A DNA stretch of 64,000 nt, taken from positions 6,448,001-6,512,000 of the forward strand of contig NC_043000.1 of assembly GCF_006345805.1 (NCBI RefSeq), given 5' to 3'. Made by a program: the position numbers and the translations under genes. The notes beneath the pieces are model-generated. The model was not told the DNA's origin. It ran no database searches and saw only the letters and a program-made list of their open reading frames with translations. Position 1 is the first letter of the stretch, and each line of letters opens with the position of its first letter. Positions 26,440 to 39,248 of the stretch are shown piece by piece. Origin of the DNA: Octopus sinensis. Taxonomy: Eukaryota.

Positions 26440-26862
26440 CGGAGATGTACTCGCATAGCAAGTAATTTGATCTGAGATCGTGTGCTGAAACGAAGACAAT
26501 TGCAGCATGGAAGGTGTTTGTAAGCCATTTAAGAAACACACAAAAGCCGTTCGATTCACTTCAACATTTAAGTTTAATTTGTCAAAATATTTTCGTCGCT
26601 AAAATCCGCAACCTGTTCACTGAAAAAATCCGTGCTGCACCTGTGATGTCGCAACTCATTTCTGCATCCGTGCAGCACGGATTTTTGTCAGTGAACAGGT
26701 TGCGGATTTTAGCGACGAAAATATTTTGACAAATTAAACTTAAATGTTGAAGTGAATCGAACGGCTTTTGTGTGTTTCTTAAATGGCTTATAAACACCTT
26801 CCACGCTGCAATTGTCTTCGTATATATATATATACATGTGTGTGTGTGTGTGTCTGTATATA

Positions 26863-26910
<48 letters not shown>

Positions 26911-27311
26911 TATATATATATATATATTACGGAGATGTACTCGCATAGCAAGTAATTTGATCTGAGATCGTGTGCTGAAACGAAGACAATTGCAGCATGG
27001 AAGGTGTTTGTAAGCCATTTAAGAAACACACAAAAGCCGTTCGATTCACTTCAACATTTAAGTTTAATTTGTCAAAATATTTTCGTCGCTAAAATCCGCA
27101 ACCTGTTCACTGACAAAAATCCGTGCTGCACCTGTGATGTCGCAACTCATTTCTGCATCCGTGCAGCACGGATTTTTGTCAGTGAACAGGTTGCGGATTT
27201 TAGCGACGAAAATATTTTGACAAATTAAACTTAAATGTTGAAGTGAATCGAACGGCTTTTGTGTGTTTCTTAAATGGCTTATAAACACCTTCCACGCTGC
27301 AATTGTCTTCG
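26437..27311. repeat. Tandem pair (~490-bp period) of a near-perfect ~330-bp fold-back element in (TA)n
   Basis: Arms 26491-26640 and 26670-26820 with a 29-nt loop. Repeated at ~26981-27311. Confidence 0.9.
26687..26730 (+). ncRNA. Minimal hammerhead-like motif, G3-C8 core variant
   Basis: guca-GUGAACA-g-guugc(ggauuuua)gcgac-GAA-AAUAUU-U-ugac. Further copies lie at 27178-27221 (+), 26581-26624 (-) and 27071-27114 (-). Confidence 0.6.
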
Positions 27312-27353
27312 TATATATATATATACATGTGTGTGTGTGTGTGTGTGTCTGTA

Positions 27354-27444
<91 letters not shown>

Positions 27445-27935
27445 AAGGTAGATAGATAGATACAGATATAAATATAGATATATATACCTACACAGATACA
27501 CACACAAACCCACACAAACATACACACATATACATATACACATACACAAACACACATATGTATGGCAGCTCTCCATCATTCAATGATGAGAATTCAGTTT
27601 TTGAATGAACCTAATTAACACACTCATTGAATTAACATGCAAGTGGCTGAGCATTGCACAGACACATGTACTCTTAATATTATTCACAAGTAGTATCAGT
27701 GTGTGATATAGAGCATAACAGGGGCTGTACCTTTTTTTTCTGAATTACTTGTATAATGAACCTGACAGGCTTCTATACAGTTTCCATCTACCCTGTTTCA
27801 CTCACAAAGTATGGCAATAGAAAATGAGGTTGCCCAAGATACGTAACATCTTGGTCAAATGTGACTTTGGGGCAAACGTCTTAGTCAACCAATCTGCACC
27901 TGTATACGTGTGCGTGTGTATGTGTTTGTGTGTAC

Positions 27936-28360
27936 TGGAGTGGCTGTGTGGTAAGTAGCTTGCTTACCAACCATATGGATCTGGGTTCAGTCCCACTGCA
28001 TGGCACCTTGGGCAAGTGTCTTCTACAATAGCTTCGGGCTGACCAAAGCTTTGTGAGTGGATTTGGCAGATGGAAACTGAAAGAAGCCCGTCGTATATAT
28101 ATATATATAATATATATATATATGTATGTGTGTGTGTGTGTGTATATCTTTGTGTGTCTATGTTTGTCCCCCCAACATCACCTGACAACTGATGCTGGTG
28201 TGTTTACATCCCTGTAACTAAGCGGTTCAGCAAAAGAGACCGATAGAATAAGTACTAGGCTTACAAAGAATAAGTCCTGGGGGTCAATTTGCTCGACTAA
28301 AGGCTGTGCTCCAGCATGGCCACAGTCAAATGACTGAAACAAGTAAACGAGTAAAAGAGT
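27936..28360 (+). mobile_element. Abundant bipartite tRNA-derived SINE (internal microsatellite, ...ctgaaacaagtaaaagag tail)
   Basis: Head ggagtggctgtgtggtaag...gttcagtcccactg. Further full or partial copies lie at ~33982-34680, ~46940-47290 (-), ~55310-56035, ~14470-14560, ~15365-15520 (-), ~47940-48100 and ~58320-58408. Confidence 0.85.
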
Positions 28361-28602
28361 ATATATATATATATATATATATGCATGCACACACATACAC
28401 ACACTCACTTCCTGTCCTTTTTTGTATTGTCTAACTCTCCAAATATTTTGTTGTCACCCGTTACATTCTTGTTCAATTTTGTTTTTGTTTTTCTATGCAT
28501 ACATATAGCGGCATACATACACTTTTGGTCTCCTGTATGTCAGAACATAGATATATCTATATATATAAAACTGAGAATGTCTGTCTGTCTGTCTGTGTGT
28601 TT

Positions 28603-29745
28603 CCCTAAAACTTGAGAACTACACAACCAATTTCATTCAAATTTTACACATGCCTTATTTAGGATCCGGGGAGTGTCATCGGCAAATTTTTAACTTTTTG
28701 CCTAGGGCGAGCCCACAGCAATATCATATCTTCTCCACTACGATTCCCTAAAACGTGAGAACTACACAACCAATTTCATTCAAATTTTACACATGCCTTA
28801 TTTAGGATCCGGGGAGTGTCATCGGCAAATTTTTAACTTTTTGCCTAGGGCGAGCCCACAGCAATATCATATCTTCTCCACTACGATTCCCTAAAACGTG
28901 AGAACTACACAACCAATTTCATTCAAATTTTACACATGCCTTATTTAGGATCCGGGGAGTGTCATCGGCAAATTTTTAACTTTTTGCCTAGGAGCGAGCC
29001 CACAGCAATATCATATCTTCTCCACTACGATCCCTAAAACGTGAGAACTACACAACCAATTTCATTCAAATTTTACACATGCCTTATTTAGGATCCGGGG
29101 AGTGTCATCGGCAAATTTTTAACTTTTTGCCTAGGGCGAGCCCACAGCAATATCATATCTTCTCCACTACGATTCCCTAAAACGTGAGAACTACACAACC
29201 AATTTCATTCAAATTTTACACATGCCTTATTTAGGATCCGGGGAGTGTCATCGGCAAATTTTTAACTTTTTGCCTAGGGCGAGCCCACAGCAATATCATA
29301 TCTTCTCCACTACGATTCCCTAAAACGTGAGAACTACACAACCAATTTCATTCAAATTTTACACATGCCTTATTTAGGATCGGGGAGGAGTTCATCGGCA
29401 AATTTTTAACTTTTTGCCTAGGCGAGCCCACAGCAATATCATATCTTCTCCACTACGATTCCCTAAAACGTGAGAACTACACAACAATTTCATTCAAATT
29501 TTACACATGCCTTATTTAGGGTCCGGGGAGTGTCATCGGCAAATTTTTAACTTTTTGCCTAGGGCGAGCCCACAGCAATATCATATCTTCTCCACTACGA
29601 TTCCCTAAAACGTGAGAACTACACAACCAATTTCATTCAAATTTTACATATGCCTTACTTAGAGTCCATGTAGTTTCGTGGGCAAAAAAAATGTTCAACT
29701 TCTTGCCTAGGGCGAGCCCATAGCAATATCATATCTTCTCCACTA
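28603..29745 (+). repeat. Tandem array, 8 x 143 bp
   Basis: The unit ccctaaaacgtgagaactacacaacc...ctccactacgatt starts at 28603, 28746, 28889, 29032, 29175, 29318, 29461 and 29603. Units are nearly identical; the last one diverges. Confidence 0.95.
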
Positions 29746-30087
29746 TTTCAGTATTACGTGTTAAAAGTGAAACAAAAACATTTCTCTATTTTATGTCAGA
29801 TACTTTCACTTTAACAATAAAAATTAGAGATAATAATAACAATTGAATTATATGTAGTAAGTAATAATTAAAATCAAACTAAAGTATAATATAATCGTAA
29901 CATAACAAAAGTAAAATAGCAATTGGTATAAAATTGCATCAATGATTTGAACTTGAATAAGTGGTTTCACATGAATGGGAATAAATTAAAAATAAAATTA
30001 GCGTGCAGAAATAGAATAGTCCTACAATTCCAGTCTGTTATATATTTTCAGTATTGTTATCACTAGCGATATCAAGATATAACTTTA

Positions 30088-30841
30088 ACGGGACGCCGCT
30101 TGGCTGACCGGTTCGCGGAACACCTTCGTGACATCCACCTTGCGAACGACACACCGGTCTCACGCCATTTCCGCTCCACCGGTCACTCCTTGCAACACCT
30201 ATCTGTGTTCGGTTTGTCCTTACACAGAGGCCATCCGATTCCCGTTTGCGCCGTGAACAGGAATTAATCTTCTCTCTTCGCTCTTATACGCCATTTGGTC
30301 TCAACTCTCCCCCCCTCCTCATCTAACCCCCCTCTCCCCCCTCCTCACCTATCCTTCCCCCCGACCCCTACTTCTTCAGTCCTTCATCTTTCACCCCTAC
30401 TCCCCTTCCCTTCTTCCCTCTTTCTCCCTCCCTCCTTCCCTCTGCTCCCCACTCCCCTTCTCTCTCCCTCTCTCCCTCTCCTCCTTCCCCCTCCTCCTCC
30501 CCTTCCTCTCTCTCCCCCTCCCCCCTCTCCTCCCCCTATTCTCCCCTCTCCACACTACACACACGACTTTACACATCACATCATATATGATGTGCCATAC
30601 TAATACATACACCAACTAATACATACTAATACGTACTAATACATACTAATACATACTAATACATACACCAACCCTATACATACACACGTCCAGACCTCCC
30701 ATACGCACTTATACTCTCTCATACACACACACACACACTTATACATACTAATACGTACTAATACATACTAATACATACTAATACATACACCAACCCCATA
30801 CATACGCACGTCCAGACCTATCATACGCACTAATACTCTCT

Positions 30842-30876
<35 letters not shown>

Positions 30877-31260
30877 ATACATACTAATACATACTAATAC
30901 ATACACCAACCCTATACATACACACGTCCAGACCTCTCCTACGCACTAATAGCTGGTCATTCAACCCTATTATCAACCCTATTATCTCCCCTTATTTCGC
31001 TCTCGCATCTCATGTTTGATCTTTGACCTCTGGCCAAAATCAGATCGCCATGTTGATTCGTTAGTTACTGCACGCATTTTTTTTCTCTCCTTCTTTCTGT
31101 GTTTTTTTTCTCTCTGTGTATCTTTCTGTTGAAGAGCGTAGGCTCGAAACGTTAAAGACTTGTTTTATTTATATTTCCTGAGCGCCATACTAATACAATT
31201 GTTTGTTTGTTCCCACCCTGCCTTCGTCTTTTGTCTATTTTCATAAAGCTTCCTGTTATA
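30088..31260 (+). mobile_element. 5'-truncated Penelope-like element: GIY-YIG C-terminal half plus 3' UTR/pseudo-LTR
   Basis: TGRRLADRFAEHLRDI...PVSRHFRSTGHS...(frameshift)RREQELIFSLRSYTPFGLN, then a C-rich tract and (catactaata)n repeats. Hammerhead-like motif at 31121. Confidence 0.85.
31121..31158 (+). ncRNA. Minimal hammerhead-like motif (A6U variant)
   Basis: ucuuu-CUGUUGA-a-gagc(guag)gcuc-GAA-ACGU-U-aaaga, with perfect stems I and II. Confidence 0.6.
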
Positions 31261-31350
31261 TATATATATAGATGTACATGTAATATGTACACATATACAC
31301 ATATATACATGCACTAGCACTATGACCCGGCAAAGACGGGTCATAATGCT

Positions 31351-31404
<54 letters not shown>

Positions 31405-31406
<2 letters not shown>

Positions 31407-31585
31407 CCCTCTGACTTCCCTTCCTTGGATCTTCCTTTTTCTATGTTTCTAATGAAGGGCTCCGCTCAAAACGTTAAATCCTCCTTCTTTCTTCCTTTCC
31501 TGAGCGTCCAATAACACTACACTAGTTCCACGTCCTTGCGTTGATGTGTTTTCTCTTTGTGTTTTCATGTTTGGATTAACTATAT
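31405..31585 (+). mobile_element. Short Penelope-type pseudo-LTR family carrying a decayed hammerhead
   Basis: Homologous to 49487-49700 (-) and 62795-63000 (-). Cores at 31446-31478, 49588-49620 and 62895-62929 suggest the consensus uuu-CUGAUGA-a-gagc(ucy)gcuc-GAA-ACGU-K-aaa. Confidence 0.6.
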
Positions 31586-33342
31586 ATATATATTTATATA
31601 TATATAAATTCTGTACAACTCTTTTACTCTTTCTTTTAACCTCCTTCACACTTTCTTTGTTCTTTCCACTTTTCTTTTTCTCGCTGCCACCCTCTCTCAC
31701 ATTTCTTGGCCTTCCCTTCATTCTCACCACTTCCCCTCCTCCTTTACTTCGCTCTGTCCCTTTCCTTTTTTCTCTCTTTCTCGTCCCTCTCTAATTCTCC
31801 AATCCCTCTATCCCCTACCTCTCTCCTCTCCTTCTACGTGACCAGTGTTCCACCAAGCCAGACCTTTCTTTCTTGGTTCAACTACCATCCATGTAGCATC
31901 TCTTATATTCCTTCCCAAGACTTTCATCTTTCATGTCCCTGCCATAAAGGCTTCACTTCCATACACGCCAACTTAATTTGATTCGTCCTTAGTCGAAAGA
32001 CACCTGTTGTTAATGTCCTGTTGTTTGTATTTGTAATTGTGTATCATTTCTCCTTTTTGTTTTTAGTCTTTGTTTTCATATACATTCACTTGCTTTCTTC
32101 CATAGAATCTAGTGCTCTTAGCTTAGATTTTCTTGGGGTTGGCCAGATTAAAGCAGTCTCAAGAGTAACCAACAGAAACTGCAACAACGATCTGGTACTT
32201 GACTGAAGATTAAAAGCTCCAAATGACCCTCCTTGTTTTTTCCTGTCCTTTTTTGTATTATCTAACTGTCCAAATGTTTGTTGTCACCTGTTTTGTTCTT
32301 GTTCCATCTTTTGTTTCATTTTGTGTGTGTGTATGTGTGTATGTGTGTGTGTGTGTGTGTACGTGTGTGTGAAGAGATGAGGTATAAAACATTGCTTTAA
32401 ATCAATTTAATCTAAAACTATTCATATCAATTTATCATGTATCTTGAATATATAATTATCAAATTAATGATGTTTACCCCTAACGAAACAGCAGGTGAAA
32501 GTTTAAACTAAATAAGTTATCCACCTTCTGTGAAATTTATGCTTTTCAATTATATATATATATACATCTTGCAAAAATGAGTTTCCTGCGATGGACTAGC
32601 ACCCCATCCAGGAGGGGAATATAAATGCCATAGAAACTGATAATCTAGGCAATGAGTTAAGTTTATCATCCAAAAATAAAAACAATCCTTCTAACAAATT
32701 TCCACAGCTTCCATCAATCAAATTTCCACAGTTTCCCTCTAACAAAGTTCGTTCTTAAAGCTTTGGCTGACTCAGGTCTATTGTACTATTGCGCAATGGA
32801 ACGGATCCCAAAGCCGCATGGTTACAAAGTGATTTCCTTAACCATTCAGCTACACGGTTGGAATTTCAAATTGATGCTTAATGTCTAAAACCAGAATTTA
32901 TGTAATTTACTCTGGCAGTGGGTTACAATGCAATCTTGTGTTTCGTAAAAGACAATTTTGAGATGATTGATAGCAAAGCTTACAATGAAAAACTTACTAA
33001 CTGCTACTTGATCTCATTACCTGAGGGAGATCAGTGATAATTAAGTTAAATGGATGTGTGTGTGTGTATGTGTGAAAGTGTGTGTGTGCATGTGTGGGTA
33101 TATATATATATATATATATATAATAATAAATATTAGGGAATAAATCCAAATTTACAGGGAAAAAATCAGATTTAGGATTAAATCGATTTTATAGTAAAAT
33201 ATTATAAAATTGAAGATTGTCGATCAAGACAAGAAACGATTGTAGTGGCGGGTTTTTTTGACTATTTATTAAAATTTTATGTATTGATTAAGTCTTTCCT
33301 TGTTTGTTTTGCAAAATAGTGGTTTTGTCTCGATAATATTTT

Positions 33343-33388
<46 letters not shown>

Positions 33389-33427
33389 ATATATATATGT
33401 GTATATATATATATATATATACATATA

Positions 33428-33459
<32 letters not shown>

Positions 33460-33464
33460 CATAC

Positions 33465-33531
<67 letters not shown>

Positions 33532-33615
33532 ATATATTATATATATATATATATATGTGTATATATATATATTATATATATACATACATAATATATATAT
33601 ATTATATATATATAT

Positions 33616-33666
<51 letters not shown>

Positions 33667-33705
33667 ATATATATATATATATATATAGATATATATATAT
33701 ATATA

Positions 33706-33740
<35 letters not shown>

Positions 33741-34439
33741 GTGTATAATATATATATATATCTGCTGTTTATATATACAGACATACAAATGTACGTATAT
33801 TCAGACAGGCAGACAGATAGACAGACAGACAGGCAGACAGACAGACAGACGGAAAGATAGATAGGTATAGATATAGGCAGAGACAGATATATAATATATA
33901 TACACACATATGAATATATGAATGGGTATTTGAGTGCGTTCATATATATGCATTTAATCATTTATATGCGTATATAAATTAGGCACAGGAGTGGCTGTGT
34001 GGTAAGAAGCTTGCTTACGAACCACATGGTTCCAGGTTCAGCCCCACTGCTTGGCACCTTGGGCAAGTGTCTTCTACTATAGCCTTGGGCCGACCAAATC
34101 CTTGTGAGTGGATTTGGTAGATGGATATTGAAAGAAGCCTCTCATATATACATATATATATGTGTGAGTGTGTGTGTGTGGAGGTGCAATGGCCCAGTGG
34201 TTAGGGCAGCTGAGTGTTGTGAGTGTTTATTGAGCAAAAACACCTAAAGCTCCACGAGGCTCTGGCAGGGGGTGGTGGCAATCCCTGCTTCTTTCGCCAC
34301 AACTTTCTCTCACTCTTTCTTCTGTTGGTCAGCTCGCTTAGCCAGCAGGGTGGTGTCATTTGAAGGCTAAAACAATGCAAAGTGCATTGTGACCAATGAT
34401 ATGTAGCAACATCTGATAGCCTGGTCGGTCACGGTGATA

Positions 34440-34476
<37 letters not shown>

Positions 34477-35706
34477 ATGTCTGTGTTTGTCCCTCCACCA
34501 TCACTTGACAACTGATGCTTGTGTGTTTATGTACCCATAACGTAGCAGTTCGGCAAAAGAGACCGATAGAATAAGAACTAGGGTTACAAAAGAATAAGTC
34601 CTGGGCTCAATTTGTTTGACTAAAGTGCTCCAGCATAGCCACAGTCAAATGACTGAAACGAATAAAAGAATAAAAGAATACAAATGTGTGCAGCACATGC
34701 TGTAGAACATGTCTATGTGTTCAGCCTAAGAATACAGAGACATGTCTGGTTAGAGAGTAGGCTGCTGACAGGTAGATTCCAACTAAAGGAAATGAATCCT
34801 TAAGTAGAAGTTATATCAATATTATCTTGGCATCAACACAAAGTAGTTGATTAAATCCAAGTCTAAATTGTATTTGTAATTGCCATTCATTAATGCAGAT
34901 CAGTAATTCTTCAGACAAATGAAACAAAATTGTTTACAGGAAATATGTGAGGTAGACATAAAAGCTGAAATATAATTTCTCTCTCTCTCTGAAACAATCA
35001 AATTTGTTGGTGAGAAAAAAAATTATAATGATTTTACTCCCATTTACATAATTATACGTTCATGATTCAGGTTATTAGCTTCATCTTTGGAGATGAAATT
35101 TTTTTAATTGTGTCATCATCATCATCATCATCTTCATCATCATCATCATCATCATTGTCGTCATTGTTATCTGAACATCTAATTTCCTACACTTGCATGG
35201 CTCAGGTAGAATTTCTTTGGAAGCAGATTTTCTACAGCCAGATGCCTTTACTTTCATCGACGTTTACCTGTTTTCAAGCAAGGTAATATTTCTCTGAGGT
35301 CATACATGTTCACACAGAAGATTGGAAATGAGGGACACCACTTGCATGCTGCTAGATTTACAACTATCAAGTATGCATATGTGTGTGTGTATATATATAT
35401 ATATTTCTTTTTCACCCTTTTCAAGCCTAACCAGGCTCATGGGCCCGGTTTCCTGGTTTCTGTGGCATATGTGTTCCCCCCAGCTGGACGGGACGCCAGT
35501 CCATCACAGCATTACTCAAGAAACAGGAAAAGAGAGTGAGAGAAAGTTGTGACGAAAGAGCACAACAGGGGTCGCCACCCTGCCAGAGCCTTGTGGAGCT
35601 TTTAGGTGTTTTCGCTCAATAAACACACACAATGCCCGCTCTGGGAAAGAAACCATGATCCTCTGACCGTGAGTCTGCTGCCCTAACCTTTGGGCCATTG
35701 CACCTC

Positions 35707-35751
<45 letters not shown>

Positions 35752-35967
35752 ATTGAGAGTTGAGAGAATTGTTTGCACACCAGAAAAAATGCTTAACAGC
35801 ATTTCATCTGTCTTTGTGTTCTGAATTCAAATTCCACTGAGGTTGACTTTGCCTTTCATCCTTTTGAGGTCAATGAAATAAGTACCAGTCAAACACTGGG
35901 GTCAATGTAATTGACTATTCCCCTCTCCGGAATTTATTTCAGGCTTTGTGTCTTTCATAGAAAGGGG

Positions 35968-36011
<44 letters not shown>

Positions 36012-36216
36012 AGCAATAAGAAAATGGAGGGGATCAAGAGTTGGTATTCATCAACTTACAGACATTATATTATGTCTATTTATTTTTTAAAAAAGACAAT
36101 TATAGCCATATACAAACATGTATAACATATTATGCTTTACATATATAATATATAAAATATAAAAATACCAGTAATTATAAAAATATATCATGTAGAACAT
36201 AGAAAGAAGGATAAAA

Positions 36217-36338
36217 TCTTACAGCTGTTTCAGACAAGAGACCATAGTACCCCATTCTACTTTTATTCATCCAGTGAACTTAAGTATTTGGTAGATAAGA
36301 CTAAGGTACTTGGGTGTGTCTCTGAGCTTCATCAGAGA
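36217..36338 (-). ncRNA. Hammerhead-like motif with long stem II insertion
   Basis: ucu-CUGAUGA-(about 95 nt)-GAA-ACAGCUGU-A-aga, with a palindromic stem III and a GUA site. Stem II was not resolved by eye. Confidence 0.45.
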
Positions 36339-36496
36339 GTTTAGAAAGTTCATAAGGTTATGTTATAAATATAAATACATACATATATACATACTTTTAC
36401 ATATACACACATATACATAAATATACATAAACACATGTACATATATTAAAATGTACATGCATACAAAGGAATCGATTATTATTATTATTATTATTC

Positions 36497-36900
36497 TATG
36501 TTTGACTTTTGCTTTATGTCTGTACAAGTTGGGTCCAAGTCTCACCCAGAGACCTCAAGAGACAACAGGTTGGAAGTTCACGTTGTTGTTATGCCTAGTG
36601 TGCCATATATTTGGGGGTTTTTTGGGTGTTGTACTACTGAATGTCTAATAAATAAATTTTTTAAAAAACCGTTTGTTTTAAACCTTGGGATTACATAGAG
36701 AGTATTTTGCGTAGGATATGAGCAGTTCCCATGAGCACTATCTTTTGAATTCTGCCATTTGGGGATTTCCTGGTATCTGAGTTAGGTAGCAATCAGTCCC
36801 TTTCGCTATCATTCCCAGGGCACCTATGACAACAGGTATTGTTTTAGTCTTCAGGTTCCACATTTTGCTGATTTCTATTTCAAGATCTTTATATTTGCTT
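36497..36900 (-). mobile_element. Dong/R4-like LINE 3' end flanked by (TAA)n
   Basis: SKYKDLEIEISKMWNLKTKTIPVVIGALGMI...GTAHILRKILSM*. (TAA)n lies on both sides. Confidence 0.85.
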
Positions 36901-38129
36901 ATTATTATTATTATTAGGTGTATTATATTATGTTATTCTTATTAGATAAAGTGTAAACAGAGGTAGGGGAAAGTTATTAAAAGAGAAATAATAGTGCAAT
37001 TTAAAAAATCAATGTATCTTAAGATTATTGTAGTTATGTAGGAATAGAAAGGTATATACATTGGGAATATATATATATGTATATACACATATACATACAC
37101 ACACACACACACACACACGCACACATATATATATATATATATATATACATATATATTTTTACGTACAAACATACCCATCGGAACATACGTATTACATGTG
37201 TTGAGAAGGGAGTAATATTGCAGCAGTTTGTATTATTCTTTTCACATAATTATAATAATTATGCACAAACATATATATATATTCATATAAACATGTGATA
37301 TGTTTTCTATTGAGGGCTTTAGACAAAAGTCCACAATAAGTGGGTTAGAGTTTATATTAATACCTGTGATATTATTTGGTACTACAAGTCATAAATTTCA
37401 AGGTATTAATCAATGTACTTTATTATTTTCCATTATTTTTTTGTTTATCGAGTAGCTGAAACCACATCTACTCCCAGATTTGGGGTCATAGGAGATACTT
37501 TTTATCAAGGTGTCATGCAGTGGGACTGAACCCAAAATCACATGATTGCGAAGTTACACTTCTTGCCTACACAGCCAAACCTGCAGCTGTATAGTAAAAT
37601 AATACTCATAATCATATTGACGACACATGTCAGACATTTTAGACATTAGTTGTCTGTATGATAGTTTATTTTCTTTCATTATTTGTTGTCTTTTTCTTTT
37701 GTTACTATCCTGAATGAAGTCTCTGATAAGTACTATAAACAGAGTAGTGCCTACTTTGATAAATAATTAGCTGAATAATTAATTATCTTATAATAACTGT
37801 ATGCAACCAAACATGACCTTCAGAATATACAGCAGGGATATCATCATCGTCACCATCATCGACGATAGGAGTTGCCGTCACTAGCACTAACACATACTAA
37901 TTAAGCCGTTGACCGTGTATATCTAGTTACACTGGATCATTATAAGTAAAAATGTCCAAAGCTAATATAGTATTGATCTTGCTATCATCTCATATATCTT
38001 GTGTTGAAACCTACGACTGTAGATGTCCTGTAGTGAATTCGAATGATATTGTTAATTCTGGGTTACTCAGGTCATCCAGTGCAGCATTTCTTCTTACTGG
38101 CGGAGGCTTTCATCATCATCATTGTCATC

Positions 38130-38620
38130 ATCATTTAACATCTGCTTTCCATGGGTTGGACGATTTGACTGAGGACTGGCGAACCAGATGGCTGTGCCAG
38201 GCTCCAATCTTGATCTGGCAGAGTTTCTACAGCTGGATGCCCTTCCTAACACCAACCACTCCGAGAGTGTAGTGGGTGCTTTTACGTGCCACCGGCACGA
38301 GGGCCAGTCTGGTGGTACTGGCAACGGCCACACTCGAAATAGTGTTTTTTATGTGCCACCTGCACAGGAGTCAGTCCAGCCACACTGGCAGTTACCTCGC
38401 TCGAATGTTTTGTTCATGTGCCACTGGCGCAAGTGCCAGTAAGGTGACGCTGGTAATGATCATGCTCAAATGGTGCCTTTTACGTGCCACCGGCACAGAA
38501 GCCAGACGGCCGCTCTGGCAGTGATCCCGCTCGGATTGAGCTGTTAGTGCTCTACTGGCACGGGTGCCAGTCATCGGATTTGGTTCGATTTCGATTTTCC
38601 TTGCCCCAACAGGTCTTCGC
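38130..38620 (-). mobile_element. RTE LINE 3' UTR fragment
   Basis: Reverse complement of the 51950-52445 tail: gtgccggtggcacgtaaaagcac repeats, ggaagggcatccagc and a (GAT)n end. Confidence 0.8.
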
Positions 38621-38684
38621 AAGCAGATTTTGCAATTTTTTGTGGAGGCCATATTTTAGCAATATTTCGAGAAGTTGTAAGGCA

Positions 38685-39235
38685 TCAATCAAGCTGGCAG
38701 AATCATTAGCATGCCGGACAGAATGCTTAGCAGCATTTCATCCGTCTTTATGTTTTCCGTTCAAATGCCACCAGGGTCGACTTTGTCTTTCTTCTTTTCA
38801 GGATCAATAAAATAAGTACCAGCTGAGTGCTGGGGTTGATTTAATTGGCTTTTTGTCTGTCTTTACGTTCTGAGTTCAGACTCCTCCAAGGTTGACTTTA
38901 CCTCTTATTCTCTCAGGGTCAATAAATCAAGTACCAGTGAAACACTGGGGTCAATGTAATCAACTGGTCCCCTCCCCCCAAATTTCAGGCCTTATGCTTT
39001 TAGTAGAAAGGATTATTATTATTATTATTAAGACAGTGCGTTGGCAGAATCGTTAGCACACCAGGCAAAATACTTCACAGCACTTCATCCATCTTTACGT
39101 TTTGAGTTCAAATTCTGCTGAGATCGACTTTACCTTTCATTCTTTCAGGGTCGATAAAATAAGTACCAGATGAACACTGGGATTGATCCAATGGATATCC
39201 ACCCCAAAAATTGTTGGCCTTGTGTCAAAATTATT
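38685..39235 (+). mobile_element. Cluster of tRNA/CORE-like SINE copies (gagctggcagaatcgttagc...gttcaaattc...taagtaccag)
   Basis: The same family recurs at ~6345-6500 (-), 19430-20055 (-), 22130-22620 (-), 35780-35960, 40212-40425, 43108-43525, 54785-54955 and 59718-60520 (-), often next to (TTA)n. Confidence 0.75.
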
Positions 39236-39248
39236 ATTATTAATATTT

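Larger units (their letters stand above)
28556..31352 (+). mobile_element. Non-autonomous Helitron-like element with an internal tandem array and a nested Penelope fragment
   Basis: 5' A|TCTATATATATAAAA-(tgtc)n; 3' hairpin tatgacccg-gcaaaga-cgggtcata followed by atgCTAG. Pairing of these two ends is inferred. Confidence 0.6.

Noticed and set aside
28603-29745. CRISPR-like regular array
   Set aside because: The units are identical along their full length, with no unique spacers and no cas genes, in a eukaryotic context.
30295-30615. Pro-rich and Arg/Gly-rich ORFs
   Set aside because: Low-complexity C/T tract in the 3' region of a Penelope-like element.
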